A DNA stretch of 64,000 nucleotides, taken from NCBI GenBank assembly GCA_902521655.1, contig CABYSM010000002.1, forward strand, positions 3,575-67,574. Reading direction: 5' to 3'. A model generated the notes under the pieces. That model was not told the DNA's origin. It was given only the letters and a program-made list of their open reading frames with translations, and searched no databases. A program made the translations under genes and the position numbers. Of this stretch, positions 1 through 9,015 are shown in pieces (the first letter of the stretch is position 1; each line of letters begins with the position of its first letter). The stretch is from an uncultured Pelagibacteraceae bacterium. GTDB taxonomy: Bacteria > Pseudomonadota > Alphaproteobacteria > Pelagibacterales > AG-422-B15.

Positions 1-282
1 CACAACAGGTTTATTTTCCATTTTGATAAGTTCTATTAGGTCATTTTTAAAAGTGTACCAAGATTTTAATTTGCTTGGATCAGCTTTTAGAGTTGTATTT
101 CCATGACCCCGCATATCATAAGTTATTACTTCGTAACTATCACTAATGTTTGATAATAGTTTATTGTAGACTTTGCCACTAAATCCATTTGCATGAGAAA
201 AGTAAAATTTATCTGCACCAGGATTTTCTTTCCTATATGTAACTATCTTTTTTGATTCTACTTCAAATTCTTTTTCTAACAT
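1..282 (-). CDS. alpha/beta-fold hydrolase, N-terminal part (runs off window start)
   Basis: Manual translation from ATG at 282: MLEKEFEVESKKIVTYRKENPGADKFYFSHANGFSGKVY...YDMRGHGNT..., open to position 1. HANGF and DMRGHG are alpha/beta-hydrolase motifs. Not in the ORF track. Confidence 0.8.
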   Translation of the reverse strand, partial: MLEKEFEVESKKIVTYRKENPGADKFYFSHANGFSGKVYNKLLSNISDSYEVITYDMRGHGNTTLKADPSKLKSWYTFKNDLIELIKMENKPVV

Positions 283-286
283 TTAC

Positions 287-712
287 TCAGTGACATGATT
301 CATTGTATTTTTTTAGCCTATAGTAATTATAGGGCAGCGGGGTTACAAACCCTGCTAAGAGCATGAAAGGTATAATAGTAATGGTTAATACACCTCCTGC
401 AAAAATAAGATCTGTTAAATTCATTGAAATCTCCATTGCTACCATGCTAATGAAGCTCATTTTGAAAGCGATATTCAAAGCTTCTGAAAAAGGAAAACTT
501 TTCATTAAAATAAAAGTTTCTAACAAAATACTTGTTACAAGTCCGTTGAATATGGCAATTAGCATCACAAGATAAATTGACAAGGAATGATCTATCATTT
601 GAAAGTAAAATATTGTACCAAAGTCTCCAATACTGCATCCAAGAAGACACCACAAAGTATTGTAGCTTGAAGTCTTCCATGTTGCTTTACAAGTCCAACT
701 AATACTAAGCAT
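287..712 (-). CDS. DUF4396-like membrane protein
   Basis: TLWCLLGCSIGDFG and SFISMVAME motifs, ~4 hydrophobic segments, C-terminal CH. ATG at 712 (MLSISW) preferred over the track start at 748 because it gives a short overlap with the upstream gene. Confidence 0.7.
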   Translation of the reverse strand: MLSISWTCKATWKTSSYNTLWCLLGCSIGDFGTIFYFQMIDHSLSIYLVMLIAIFNGLVTSILLETFILMKSFPFSEALNIAFKMSFISMVAMEISMNLTDLIFAGGVLTITIIPFMLLAGFVTPLPYNYYRLKKYNESCH

Positions 713-911
713 CAATTTTTTTAAATTCCTCTCGTCTTTCATCAGCATCTTTTAGTGCTAAGGCTTTTTCTTCATCGGACATTCTTAGCCAATTAGTGAT
801 TTCAAACTGCTCTCTAAAGCACCCAATACAGACCTTGCCGTCCATAAAAGCCTCATTATACTTACATATTTTGACGCATGGACTATCTACACGTGTTTCT
901 TTTTTAATCAT
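705..911 (-). CDS. DUF1289 family small Cys-rich protein
   Basis: SPCVKIC...CIGCFR...EITNW pattern typical of DUF1289. Confidence 0.8.
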   Translation of the reverse strand: MIKKETRVDSPCVKICKYNEAFMDGKVCIGCFREQFEITNWLRMSDEEKALALKDADERREEFKKIDA

Positions 912-970
912 ATAAAGCTTGATTTATTTATATATTACAATAAAAAGCAACTTCAATTTCAAATAATTAT

Positions 971-1684
971 ATGGCTCGTATTACCGTTGAGGATTGCATA
1001 AAACTTATTAATAATCAGTATGATTTGGTTATTCTTGCTAAAGAAAGAGCAGTTCAATTGGGTAGAGGAGCTACTCCAGCTGTTGACCCTGAAAACGACA
1101 AGAAGCCTGTAATAGCGCTCAGAGAAATCAGTGAATCTAAGATTACAGCCGAAGAGCTAAAAGAAAGTATTGTTTCTAAACTAAGACAGATTCCAGATTA
1201 TGAAGAAGAAGAGGAATTAGAGGAAGTGGATAATGATACGTTTAGACAGATGTATCAAGGCGGATTGTCCAAATCAGAAATGGAAAAATCTGCAACACGT
1301 AAATTTACTGCAAGATCCCCTAGAGTTGAAACGAGAGCTAAGCCAATTGAAGATATGGTAAGTGATGATGAGGCCTCACCTTTGAGTTCAGCGGGTATAA
1401 ATGAAACCCCAGATCTTAATGAAACCCCAGATCTTAATGAGACTCAGGATGTATTAGATACATCAGAAGTTGAATCTCCAATTATGGAAGGTATTGAAAC
1501 AGCTCACGAGGAAACAACTGATCAAACTACAGTTGATCCAATTGAGGAAAACCAACCTTCTGAAGAAGAAAGTTTTGCTGCAAGTGATCAGCTAGAAGAT
1601 AACAATGAAAATGAAGTTATTAATGTTGAAGAGTTGCCTGAAGTTACATCTGACATTGAAGAAGACAATCCTCCTAAAGAATAA
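971..1684 (+). CDS. rpoZ: RNA polymerase omega subunit with long acidic C-terminal extension
   Basis: MARITVEDC...YDLVILAKERA...NDKKPVIALREI is alphaproteobacterial RpoZ; followed by ~160 aa of mostly D/E-rich low-complexity sequence. Confidence 0.9.
   Translation: MARITVEDCIKLINNQYDLVILAKERAVQLGRGATPAVDPENDKKPVIALREISESKITAEELKESIVSKLRQIPDYEEEEELEEVDNDTFRQMYQGGLSKSEMEKSATRKFTARSPRVETRAKPIEDMVSDDEASPLSSAGINETPDLNETPDLNETQDVLDTSEVESPIMEGIETAHEETTDQTTVDPIEENQPSEEESFAASDQLEDNNENEVINVEELPEVTSDIEEDNPPKE
1400..1453 (+). repeat. 18-bp in-frame tandem repeat (two exact copies plus one degenerate) in the rpoZ tail
   Basis: aatgaaaccccagatctt twice, then aatgagactcaggatgta; encodes NETPDL-NETPDL-NETQDV. 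Confidence 0.9.
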
Positions 1685-1689
1685 TTACC

Positions 1690-2820
1690 ATGAACTTTGA
1701 CTTTTCAGATGATCAAAAGCTTTTGCGCGATCAAGCTAGAAAGTTTTTACAAGATAAATGCGACCGTAAGTCTGTAAGAAGTATTCTAGAAGATAATCAG
1801 AAAAACTATGATGCTGATCTTTGGTCTCAAATTTCTGAATTAGGTTGGACTGGTACTGCAATACCTGAAGAATATGGAGGACTTGGTCTAGGTATGTTGG
1901 AATTGTGTGTAATAGCTGAAGAGCTAGGCAGAGCTCTTGCGCCTACACCATTTTCTTCTTCGATATATATCTTTGCTGAATTTTTAAAATCGTATGGTAC
2001 GGATGAACAAAAGAAAAAATATTTACCACACATTGCATCTGGTGAAAAAATTGGGACATTTGCTTTATCAGAAACTAATGGGAAACCAAAACCCAACAAT
2101 ATCAGGACACAGCATGCTTCAGGTAAATTAAATGGATCTAAAAATCCCGTTTCTGATGGAGAGTCAGCAGACTATATCATTGTTGCAGCAAATTCTGACA
2201 GTAACTCAAATTATAATTCTCTCTCACTTTTTATTATTGATAGAAATGATCCAGGCTTAAATATTTCAAACTTAGACACCATCGATCCCACGAGACCAGC
2301 TTGCACATTAGATTTGAAAAATGTTGCATGTGAAAGACTCGGAGACGAAGGAAGTGGCTGGGAGATGATTGATAATATTTTTAATAGAGCAGCTGTTTTA
2401 TTCTCTTTCGAGCAAGTGGGTGGGGCACAAGTCTCACTTGATGAAGCAAAAAAATATTCACTTGAGCGATTCGCTTTTGGAAAGCAGATAGGTGCTTTTC
2501 AAGCTTTAAAGCATAAGATGGCGGACATGTACGTCAAAATTGAATTAGCAAGATCTAATGCCTACTATGGTGCCTGGGCACTAAGCACAGATTCAAATGA
2601 ATTGCCAATTGCCGCTGCTGGTGCAAGAGTGAGTGCCTCGGAAGCTTACAATTACGCGTCTCAGGAAAATATTCAAATACATGGAGGTGTTGGTTTTACT
2701 TGGGAATATGATTGCCACTTGTTTTATCGTAGATCCAAACTACTTTCTTTAAATATTGGTAGTATTCGTCAGTGGAAAGAAAATTTAATTTCAAATCTTG
2801 AAAAAAGGAATATAGTTTAA
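1690..2820 (+). CDS. acyl-CoA dehydrogenase family protein (short partner subunit)
   Basis: IPEEYGGLG, RFAFGKQIGAFQALKHKMADM, IQIHGGVGFTWEY. Confidence 0.9.
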   Translation: MNFDFSDDQKLLRDQARKFLQDKCDRKSVRSILEDNQKNYDADLWSQISELGWTGTAIPEEYGGLGLGMLELCVIAEELGRALAPTPFSSSIYIFAEFLKSYGTDEQKKKYLPHIASGEKIGTFALSETNGKPKPNNIRTQHASGKLNGSKNPVSDGESADYIIVAANSDSNSNYNSLSLFIIDRNDPGLNISNLDTIDPTRPACTLDLKNVACERLGDEGSGWEMIDNIFNRAAVLFSFEQVGGAQVSLDEAKKYSLERFAFGKQIGAFQALKHKMADMYVKIELARSNAYYGAWALSTDSNELPIAAAGARVSASEAYNYASQENIQIHGGVGFTWEYDCHLFYRRSKLLSLNIGSIRQWKENLISNLEKRNIV

Positions 2821-2822
2821 TA

Positions 2823-4106
2823 ATGGATTTTAACGACACACCTCAAGAAGCTGAATTTAGAAAAAAGGTAAGATCTTTTCTAGAAGCAAATGCAGAAAAA
2901 AGATCTAGTTTAGCTGCAAAGCCAAAGGGCGACTCAGGATCTTCTATTTCAAGTGCTGGAGCACCAGAAACTGTAAAAGGTGAAGATGCTGCAAAGGTAG
3001 CGTTAGACAATGCTAAAGAATGGCAAAGAAAAAAAGCTGATGCTGGATTTGCTGCTATTCTATGGCCAAAGGAATTCGGAGGTTACGGAGGAACACCTAT
3101 AGAGCAAGTTATATATGCTCAAGAAGAACACGACTATTTTGTTCACTCAGGATATTTTGAAATTGGAATAGGCATGCTCGGACCAACGATGATGGCCTGG
3201 GGAAAGGATGAGGACAAAAAAAGATTCCTTCCTAAAATGATTACAGGTGAAGAAATTTGGTGCCAATTATTTTCTGAACCCTCAGCAGGATCAGATTTAG
3301 CTGGTATAAGAATGAAGGCAGAAAAAGATGGTGATGAATGGGTATTAAATGGTCAAAAGGTTTGGACTTCAGGAGCTCATTTTGCCGATTACGGAATGAT
3401 TGTAGCACGATCTGACCCTACTGCCTTAAAACATAAGGGACTTACTTATTTTTATGTTGATATGAAAACATCAGGAATTGAAGCTAAGCCTATTAAACAA
3501 ATTTCTGGTTCAGCTAATTTCAATGAAGTTTTCTTTAATGATGTTCGCATACCTGACAGCCAAAGAATTGGCGCGGAGGGTGACGGTTGGAAAGTATCAC
3601 TTACTACACTAATGAATGAAAGATTAGCGGTAGGGGATCCTCCGGGCTTAGACTTTGATCAAATTTTTGAAGCCTCTAAAGAAATTGAAGTTGAGGATGG
3701 TCTTGCAGTAAAAAATAGTGAAGTAAGACAAAAAATGGCAGACTGGTATATCCAATCGCGCGGTTTGCAATATACTAAATACAGAAGTATGACTGCTTTA
3801 TCAAAAGGCCAAACGCCAGGACCAGAGCTCTCAATAAGCAAATTGGTCACAGCGTCGAAAATGCAAGATGTATCATCTTATGCACTGGATTTAATGGACA
3901 TGTCAGGCATGGTTCACCAAGATCAAAATCCAATTCTTAAAAACTTATTCCAAAACGGTTATTTTTTCTCTGCTGCCATGAGAATTGCTGGTGGTACTGA
4001 CGAAGTTTTAAGAAATATTATTGCGGAGCGAGTTCTAGGGCTACCGCAAGATGAAAGGTCAGATAAAAAACTGCCTTTCAATGAGTTACCGTCTGGTAAA
4101 AACTAA
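2823..4106 (+). CDS. acyl-CoA dehydrogenase family protein (catalytic-type subunit)
   Basis: WCQLFSEPSAGSDLA, NGQKVWTSGA, FNEVFF, TTLMNER, IAGGTDEVLRNIIAERVLGLP. Confidence 0.92.
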   Translation: MDFNDTPQEAEFRKKVRSFLEANAEKRSSLAAKPKGDSGSSISSAGAPETVKGEDAAKVALDNAKEWQRKKADAGFAAILWPKEFGGYGGTPIEQVIYAQEEHDYFVHSGYFEIGIGMLGPTMMAWGKDEDKKRFLPKMITGEEIWCQLFSEPSAGSDLAGIRMKAEKDGDEWVLNGQKVWTSGAHFADYGMIVARSDPTALKHKGLTYFYVDMKTSGIEAKPIKQISGSANFNEVFFNDVRIPDSQRIGAEGDGWKVSLTTLMNERLAVGDPPGLDFDQIFEASKEIEVEDGLAVKNSEVRQKMADWYIQSRGLQYTKYRSMTALSKGQTPGPELSISKLVTASKMQDVSSYALDLMDMSGMVHQDQNPILKNLFQNGYFFSAAMRIAGGTDEVLRNIIAERVLGLPQDERSDKKLPFNELPSGKN

Positions 4107-4116
4107 TATTAGTTAA

Positions 4117-4968
4117 GTGTTCAGTACAATCTTTAGCAATGTCGCATCAGGCGACTTGTTCTTTTCTATTTCCTTATTGATTAGTACAGGCATTTTTGCT
4201 GGTTTTATAGCAGGTCTTTTTGGCATTGGTGGAGGCGTCGTTGTAGTGCCCGCTCTATATTATATTTTTACTCTGGCTGAGGTAGATGAAAGTATAAGAA
4301 TGCACTTAGCAGTTGGAACATCACTTGCAAATATCGTCCCAATATCAATTATTTCTGCAGTAAGCCATGCTAGGAAGTATTCCGTAAATATAGATTTCTT
4401 AAAGTTTATATTTGTTTCAATAATTGTGGGTGTTACTTGCGGCTCTATTGCAGTATCTTATCTAGAGGGAAGCACACTAATTTTGATTTACTCAATAATA
4501 TTACTGTTTGTCGCTGCGCAGTTTTTTTTCTGGCAAGATAAATGGAGATTATCGTCTTCTTTTCCTAAAAATATGACTGGTCATGGACTCGGTTCAGTTA
4601 TTGGATTTCTTTCAGTGATCATTGGAGTAGGTGGCGGGTCAATAAGTATCCCTATACTTAAACTATATAATTTTGAAATTCACAAAGCGATTGGAACAGC
4701 AGCTGGAATTGGGACAATAGTTGCTGTACCTGGAACAATTGGATTTATGATTGCTGGCATACAAAACAATGTCGATTTGCCCTTATCCTTTGGTTATGTA
4801 AGTCTTGTAGGTCTTATATTAATTACACCTATTACGATAATTGGTGCGCCGATTGGAGTTAAGTTTGCCCATTACTTATCAAAAAGTAAGTTAAATCTTC
4901 TCTTTGGAATATTTATCTTGTTTATGTCAATTAGATTCTATTTAGAGTGGTTATCATTAACCAGTTAA
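4117..4968 (+). CDS. TauE/SafE (TSUP) family sulfite exporter-like membrane protein
   Basis: GLFGIGGGVVVVP, AVGTSLA and GVGGGS repeated motifs; ~8 TM segments; GTG start. Confidence 0.85.
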   Translation: MFSTIFSNVASGDLFFSISLLISTGIFAGFIAGLFGIGGGVVVVPALYYIFTLAEVDESIRMHLAVGTSLANIVPISIISAVSHARKYSVNIDFLKFIFVSIIVGVTCGSIAVSYLEGSTLILIYSIILLFVAAQFFFWQDKWRLSSSFPKNMTGHGLGSVIGFLSVIIGVGGGSISIPILKLYNFEIHKAIGTAAGIGTIVAVPGTIGFMIAGIQNNVDLPLSFGYVSLVGLILITPITIIGAPIGVKFAHYLSKSKLNLLFGIFILFMSIRFYLEWLSLTS

Positions 4969-6471
4969 TGTCTGATCATATTCGCCAACCTTACCTGTCT
5001 GGCCGAGAAGTTCATTTATATAATTAAAGATTAACTCAACTTCATTATTAGACTCATAGCTTTCAATAACAATGACTAAAGATGGTTTATTTGAAGAGGC
5101 TCTTACAAGTCCCCAGGACCCATTTGAAAGTCCAAATCGAATACCATTGATTGTCGTTATTTTCTCAATAGTTTGATTTCCAACTTTACCCCCTTTATCT
5201 TTTGTGTCTGTGATTCTTTTTATAATTGAATCTACAACTTGATACTTTTGACTTTCTTCGCAGAAAGGGGCCATCGTTGGTGACTGAAAAGTTTTTTTAA
5301 TTTCTAATTTCTTATCTGATAGTTTTTTAGTTATGTCATCAGTTAAATATTGAAGTACTAAACATGCAGATTTTAATCCATCATCAAAACCTAGTCCTAA
5401 TGGCTTGTTAATAAAAAAATGACCACTTTTTTCAAAACCACAAAGTGCGCCAATTTCTTTAACCCTTCTTTTTATATGAGAATGCCCTGTCTTCCACATA
5501 TCGACTGTACAATTATTTTTCTTAAGTATTGAACTTTCAAAATAAAGTCCAGTGGACTTCACATCGATTACAAATTTTGATCCTGGATTACCATCTGACA
5601 AAAACTCAGATAACAATAAACCTATTTTATCGGAAAATATTTCTTCCCCTTTATCATCTACTACACCAAGCCGATCACCATCACCGTCAAAAGCAAAGCC
5701 TATATCAGCATTATGCTTAATGACATTTTCTGATAAGTCCTTGAGCATTACTAAGTCTTCAGGGTTTGGATTATAGTGTGGAAATTTAAAATCTAAATCG
5801 CAGTGTAACTCAATCACTTCGCAGCCCAAATGACTTAGTATTTCCGGTGCAAACGCTCCGGCAGTTCCATTACCACATGCAACAACAACTTTGATTCCTT
5901 TTTTAATTTTTACACCTGAAGAGAGGTATTTAATGTATTCATCCTTCACTCCTCGAATAAATTGATAGATTCCATTATTTTCTATCTTTGCGTTATGATT
6001 GTTATCAACAATTTTTTTAATTGAGCTTACTTCTTCAGGCCCAAAAGTGAGTGATTTTTCTATTCCACATTTAATTCCAGTCCAGCCATTTTCATTATGA
6101 CTGGCAGTTATCATGGCTAAACTATCTGTATTTAAATGATGTTGAGCAAAATAAACCATTGGTGACACTGAAAGTCCGACATCCATTACTTTTAAGCCTG
6201 AGGATAATAAACCTTTAACGACATGATATTTTACTTCTTCGCTATACGATCTATAATCATGACCAACTACGACTGAAGATCCGCTTCCTTTTGCATCAGA
6301 TATATATTGGCCTAAGCCATAACCAAAAACCTCAAGGCCTTGTTTATTTATCTGATCTGGATAGAGCCACCTGGCATCATATTCTCTAAATCCATAGGGC
6401 GAAATATTTGCAGCTTCATGTTCTTCATCAAAGTCAAAACTGAGGCCAGATTGTGATTTAAATATTTCCAT
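4957..6471 (-). CDS. phosphomannomutase/phosphoglucomutase
   Basis: FREYDAR, ITASHN (phosphoserine), FDGDGDR (metal binding), GFEKSGH. Confidence 0.92.
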   Translation of the reverse strand: MEIFKSQSGLSFDFDEEHEAANISPYGFREYDARWLYPDQINKQGLEVFGYGLGQYISDAKGSGSSVVVGHDYRSYSEEVKYHVVKGLLSSGLKVMDVGLSVSPMVYFAQHHLNTDSLAMITASHNENGWTGIKCGIEKSLTFGPEEVSSIKKIVDNNHNAKIENNGIYQFIRGVKDEYIKYLSSGVKIKKGIKVVVACGNGTAGAFAPEILSHLGCEVIELHCDLDFKFPHYNPNPEDLVMLKDLSENVIKHNADIGFAFDGDGDRLGVVDDKGEEIFSDKIGLLLSEFLSDGNPGSKFVIDVKSTGLYFESSILKKNNCTVDMWKTGHSHIKRRVKEIGALCGFEKSGHFFINKPLGLGFDDGLKSACLVLQYLTDDITKKLSDKKLEIKKTFQSPTMAPFCEESQKYQVVDSIIKRITDTKDKGGKVGNQTIEKITTINGIRFGLSNGSWGLVRASSNKPSLVIVIESYESNNEVELIFNYINELLGQTGKVGEYDQTLTG

Positions 6472-6512
6472 TTTAAGTGTTGCGTATTTTTAAAGAATAT
6501 AACATATTTATA

Positions 6513-6700
6513 TCGTTGGTTCACGTAAAGTGAATAACAGGGAATAAGGTTTAAATCCTTAGCTGTACCCGCAACTGTAAATCCAGAGTTTGAATACAGA
6601 TGCCACTGATTTTATTGGGAAGGCGTATTCAAATTTTGACGGAGAAGTCAGGAGACCTACCAACAAAACATAGTCATCCACACGTGATCGGGATAATCAT
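6513..6700 (+). ncRNA. cobalamin riboswitch (class I/AdoCbl-type, with P6 extension and P13 kissing-loop hairpin)
   Basis: Hallmark motifs ggtt...aacagggaa..ggt..aaatcc....ctgtacccgcaactgtaa...gccactg...gggaagg...gtcaggagacct; tttgaatac/gtattcaaa extension helix; gtgat-CGGGata-atcat hairpin (6684-6700) complementary to CCCG (6568-6571); lies upstream of a TonB-dependent receptor. Confidence 0.93.
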
Positions 6701-6744
6701 TTGGGCACAATTTGTTTGCGGTGACTTCAAACTGGAGGCAAAAT

Positions 6745-8991
6745 ATGACTAAAAAATTAGTACTATCTGTATTTATATTTATAACTTTAATTAGTAATTT
6801 AAGTGCTGAAACACCAGAGATTCTAATAAACCCGAGCAGCGAAGAATATACTAGGTTGTCATCTGGTTTATCTGGATCAAACATAACTATTGTAAGTAAA
6901 GAAGATTTAAAGACACAGTATGGAAAAAACTTACCCCAAATATTAGAAACCTATTCAGGAATTAATGTACGCCGTCTCTATGATGGTGTTGGTGGAACAA
7001 ACTCATCATTAGACATAAGAGGATTTGGTGAAGCATCTAAATCTAATTCATTAATCTTAGTTAATGGTATTCGGTTGAATGATATTGATATGTCTAATGT
7101 AAATTTATCAAACATACCCATTGATTCCATTGAAAGGATTGAAATCATTAGGGGAGGTTCGGCAGGAACATTGTATGGTTCTGGGGCGATTGGTGGAGCA
7201 GTAAATATAGTTACCACAAATGATGTTTTGCAAAATCGTGGTGAACTATCCTTTGGATCATATAACAAAATAGGCGCTGACTTTTCATTGAGTAATCAAT
7301 TTGGTGAAAAAGGAGTAGTTTCTCTATCAGGATCTGGGTTTTCAAGCGATACCTTTCGTAATGCAGCAGATTATTTAGATGAAAACTTTATTTTGAATGT
7401 TAAAAATATTTTTGATCAAACTAAAATTAATTTAGATATTTTTTCATCTACCAGAGAACAAGATTTGCCAGGACCTCGAGTAAAAGGAGGTGCTGTTTAT
7501 AATTATCATTTTTGCAATCGGTATGAAGATAGTAAGACTGCAAAACATATTGGCGGATCTTTCGCTTCAAACGGAGATACATGCAACATTAATCAAAGAG
7601 ATGATTATTCAAACTTAGAAAATGAAAGAATAAATTTAGGTATTCTTCAAGAAATTGATAAAATAAACAAAATTTATCTGAATATCGGGTATAAGAAAAA
7701 AAACAATAAAGCTTTTCTTGCTGCCAATGGCAATACGAAAGAAACTGCAAATGATGGTGATAGATATCTAAACACAACAATTGATGGAAACATTTATAAT
7801 GCCAGATATGAAGCTAGAAACATTGAAGAGGCGTATACAAATATTTTAAGTATTGGTTTAGATCACGCGCACAGTTTTTACGACTCAAAACGTCATAGAA
7901 AAGAAGATGAACCAGTGGGACAAAATTATGATGCTGATCTTAAAGTTCAGTCTCTGTACTTTCAAAATACAACATATTTAAATGAAATAGATACTTCTTT
8001 ATCATTTGGATTGAGATCTGAAGAGTCTGAGTTTGGCGCAAGAGACGAGGTCAATAGGACTGTATCAGGTTTTATAGAATCCTATGAGGCAACTGACCAC
8101 GATACGTTAAACAGTTCCAGTACAAATCAAGCCTTGAATTTTGGTATAGAAAAAAAAGTAGACAAAAACTTTTCACTTTACGGTAATTATTCTGAATCCT
8201 TTAGAATACCAAATATTGATGAAAGAATCTTAGCAACTACGAGTGGTTCGTTTGCACTTAAGGACCAGGTGTCAGATGGAATTGAGCTAGGAATTATTTA
8301 CTCAAACGAATTCGTTAACTTCAATATTAATTACTTTGAAATTGATACTTTAAATGAAATTCAATACGATCAATCTGTAAATACAAACCTCGATCCTATC
8401 AAGCGTGAGGGCATTAATTTTGATTTTGAATTACAACCAGACAATAAAAATAAATTTTTAGCATCAATTGGCTATGTAAATGCTGAGTTTACCAGTGGGA
8501 CTCTATCTATGGGCACTGGTTCTTATGAATATTTCGGAACACGTTATTACAATAATAATGAAACTTATGGTTATTTGACTAACACTGCAGTAAATTATCT
8601 AGGTTCTGATGGCACAGCAAATCAATCAATAAGCTTAGCAGGACGAAAAGTACCATTGGTCTCTCCATTGACATACAATTTAAATTATATTCGACAGTTA
8701 GATAATAATATCGATTTAAATGTGGGCATTAATTATACAGATAAAAAATATGTTTCTAATGATCAGGAAAATATTGAACCACAAATCCCTGATTACTATA
8801 TTGTCAATTCATCATTAAGTTCAATAAATGGACCATACATTTTATCGTTTGGGGTAAATAATATGTTTGATGAGCAAATCTATGATTTTGCAGTTTCAAG
8901 TACTTTTCATGATGATGCTCATTATGGATTATCCAATGTATATCCATTACCAGGTAGAAATTTGTTTTTTAATTTAGGATATACTTTTTGA
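6745..8991 (+). CDS. btuB: TonB-dependent outer membrane receptor, probable cobalamin receptor
   Basis: Signal peptide, plug motifs (LDIRGFGE, ILVNGIRLN, IERIEIIRG...LYGSGAIGGAVNIVT), C-terminal PGRNLFFNLGYTF; directly behind the B12 riboswitch. ATG at 6745 follows ggagg (track start 6712 lies within the leader). Confidence 0.85.
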   Translation: MTKKLVLSVFIFITLISNLSAETPEILINPSSEEYTRLSSGLSGSNITIVSKEDLKTQYGKNLPQILETYSGINVRRLYDGVGGTNSSLDIRGFGEASKSNSLILVNGIRLNDIDMSNVNLSNIPIDSIERIEIIRGGSAGTLYGSGAIGGAVNIVTTNDVLQNRGELSFGSYNKIGADFSLSNQFGEKGVVSLSGSGFSSDTFRNAADYLDENFILNVKNIFDQTKINLDIFSSTREQDLPGPRVKGGAVYNYHFCNRYEDSKTAKHIGGSFASNGDTCNINQRDDYSNLENERINLGILQEIDKINKIYLNIGYKKKNNKAFLAANGNTKETANDGDRYLNTTIDGNIYNARYEARNIEEAYTNILSIGLDHAHSFYDSKRHRKEDEPVGQNYDADLKVQSLYFQNTTYLNEIDTSLSFGLRSEESEFGARDEVNRTVSGFIESYEATDHDTLNSSSTNQALNFGIEKKVDKNFSLYGNYSESFRIPNIDERILATTSGSFALKDQVSDGIELGIIYSNEFVNFNINYFEIDTLNEIQYDQSVNTNLDPIKREGINFDFELQPDNKNKFLASIGYVNAEFTSGTLSMGTGSYEYFGTRYYNNNETYGYLTNTAVNYLGSDGTANQSISLAGRKVPLVSPLTYNLNYIRQLDNNIDLNVGINYTDKKYVSNDQENIEPQIPDYYIVNSSLSSINGPYILSFGVNNMFDEQIYDFAVSSTFHDDAHYGLSNVYPLPGRNLFFNLGYTF

Positions 8992-9015
8992 TTATTAAAA
9001 GTTATAAAATGAGAT

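Noticed and set aside
1400-1453. Tandem repeat considered as a CRISPR remnant
   Set aside because: Adjacent 18-bp in-frame copies with no spacers and no cas genes; it is a coding minisatellite.
6657-6884. 75-aa minus-strand ORF over the btuB start and leader
   Set aside because: Overlaps the riboswitch expression platform and btuB; no coding signature.
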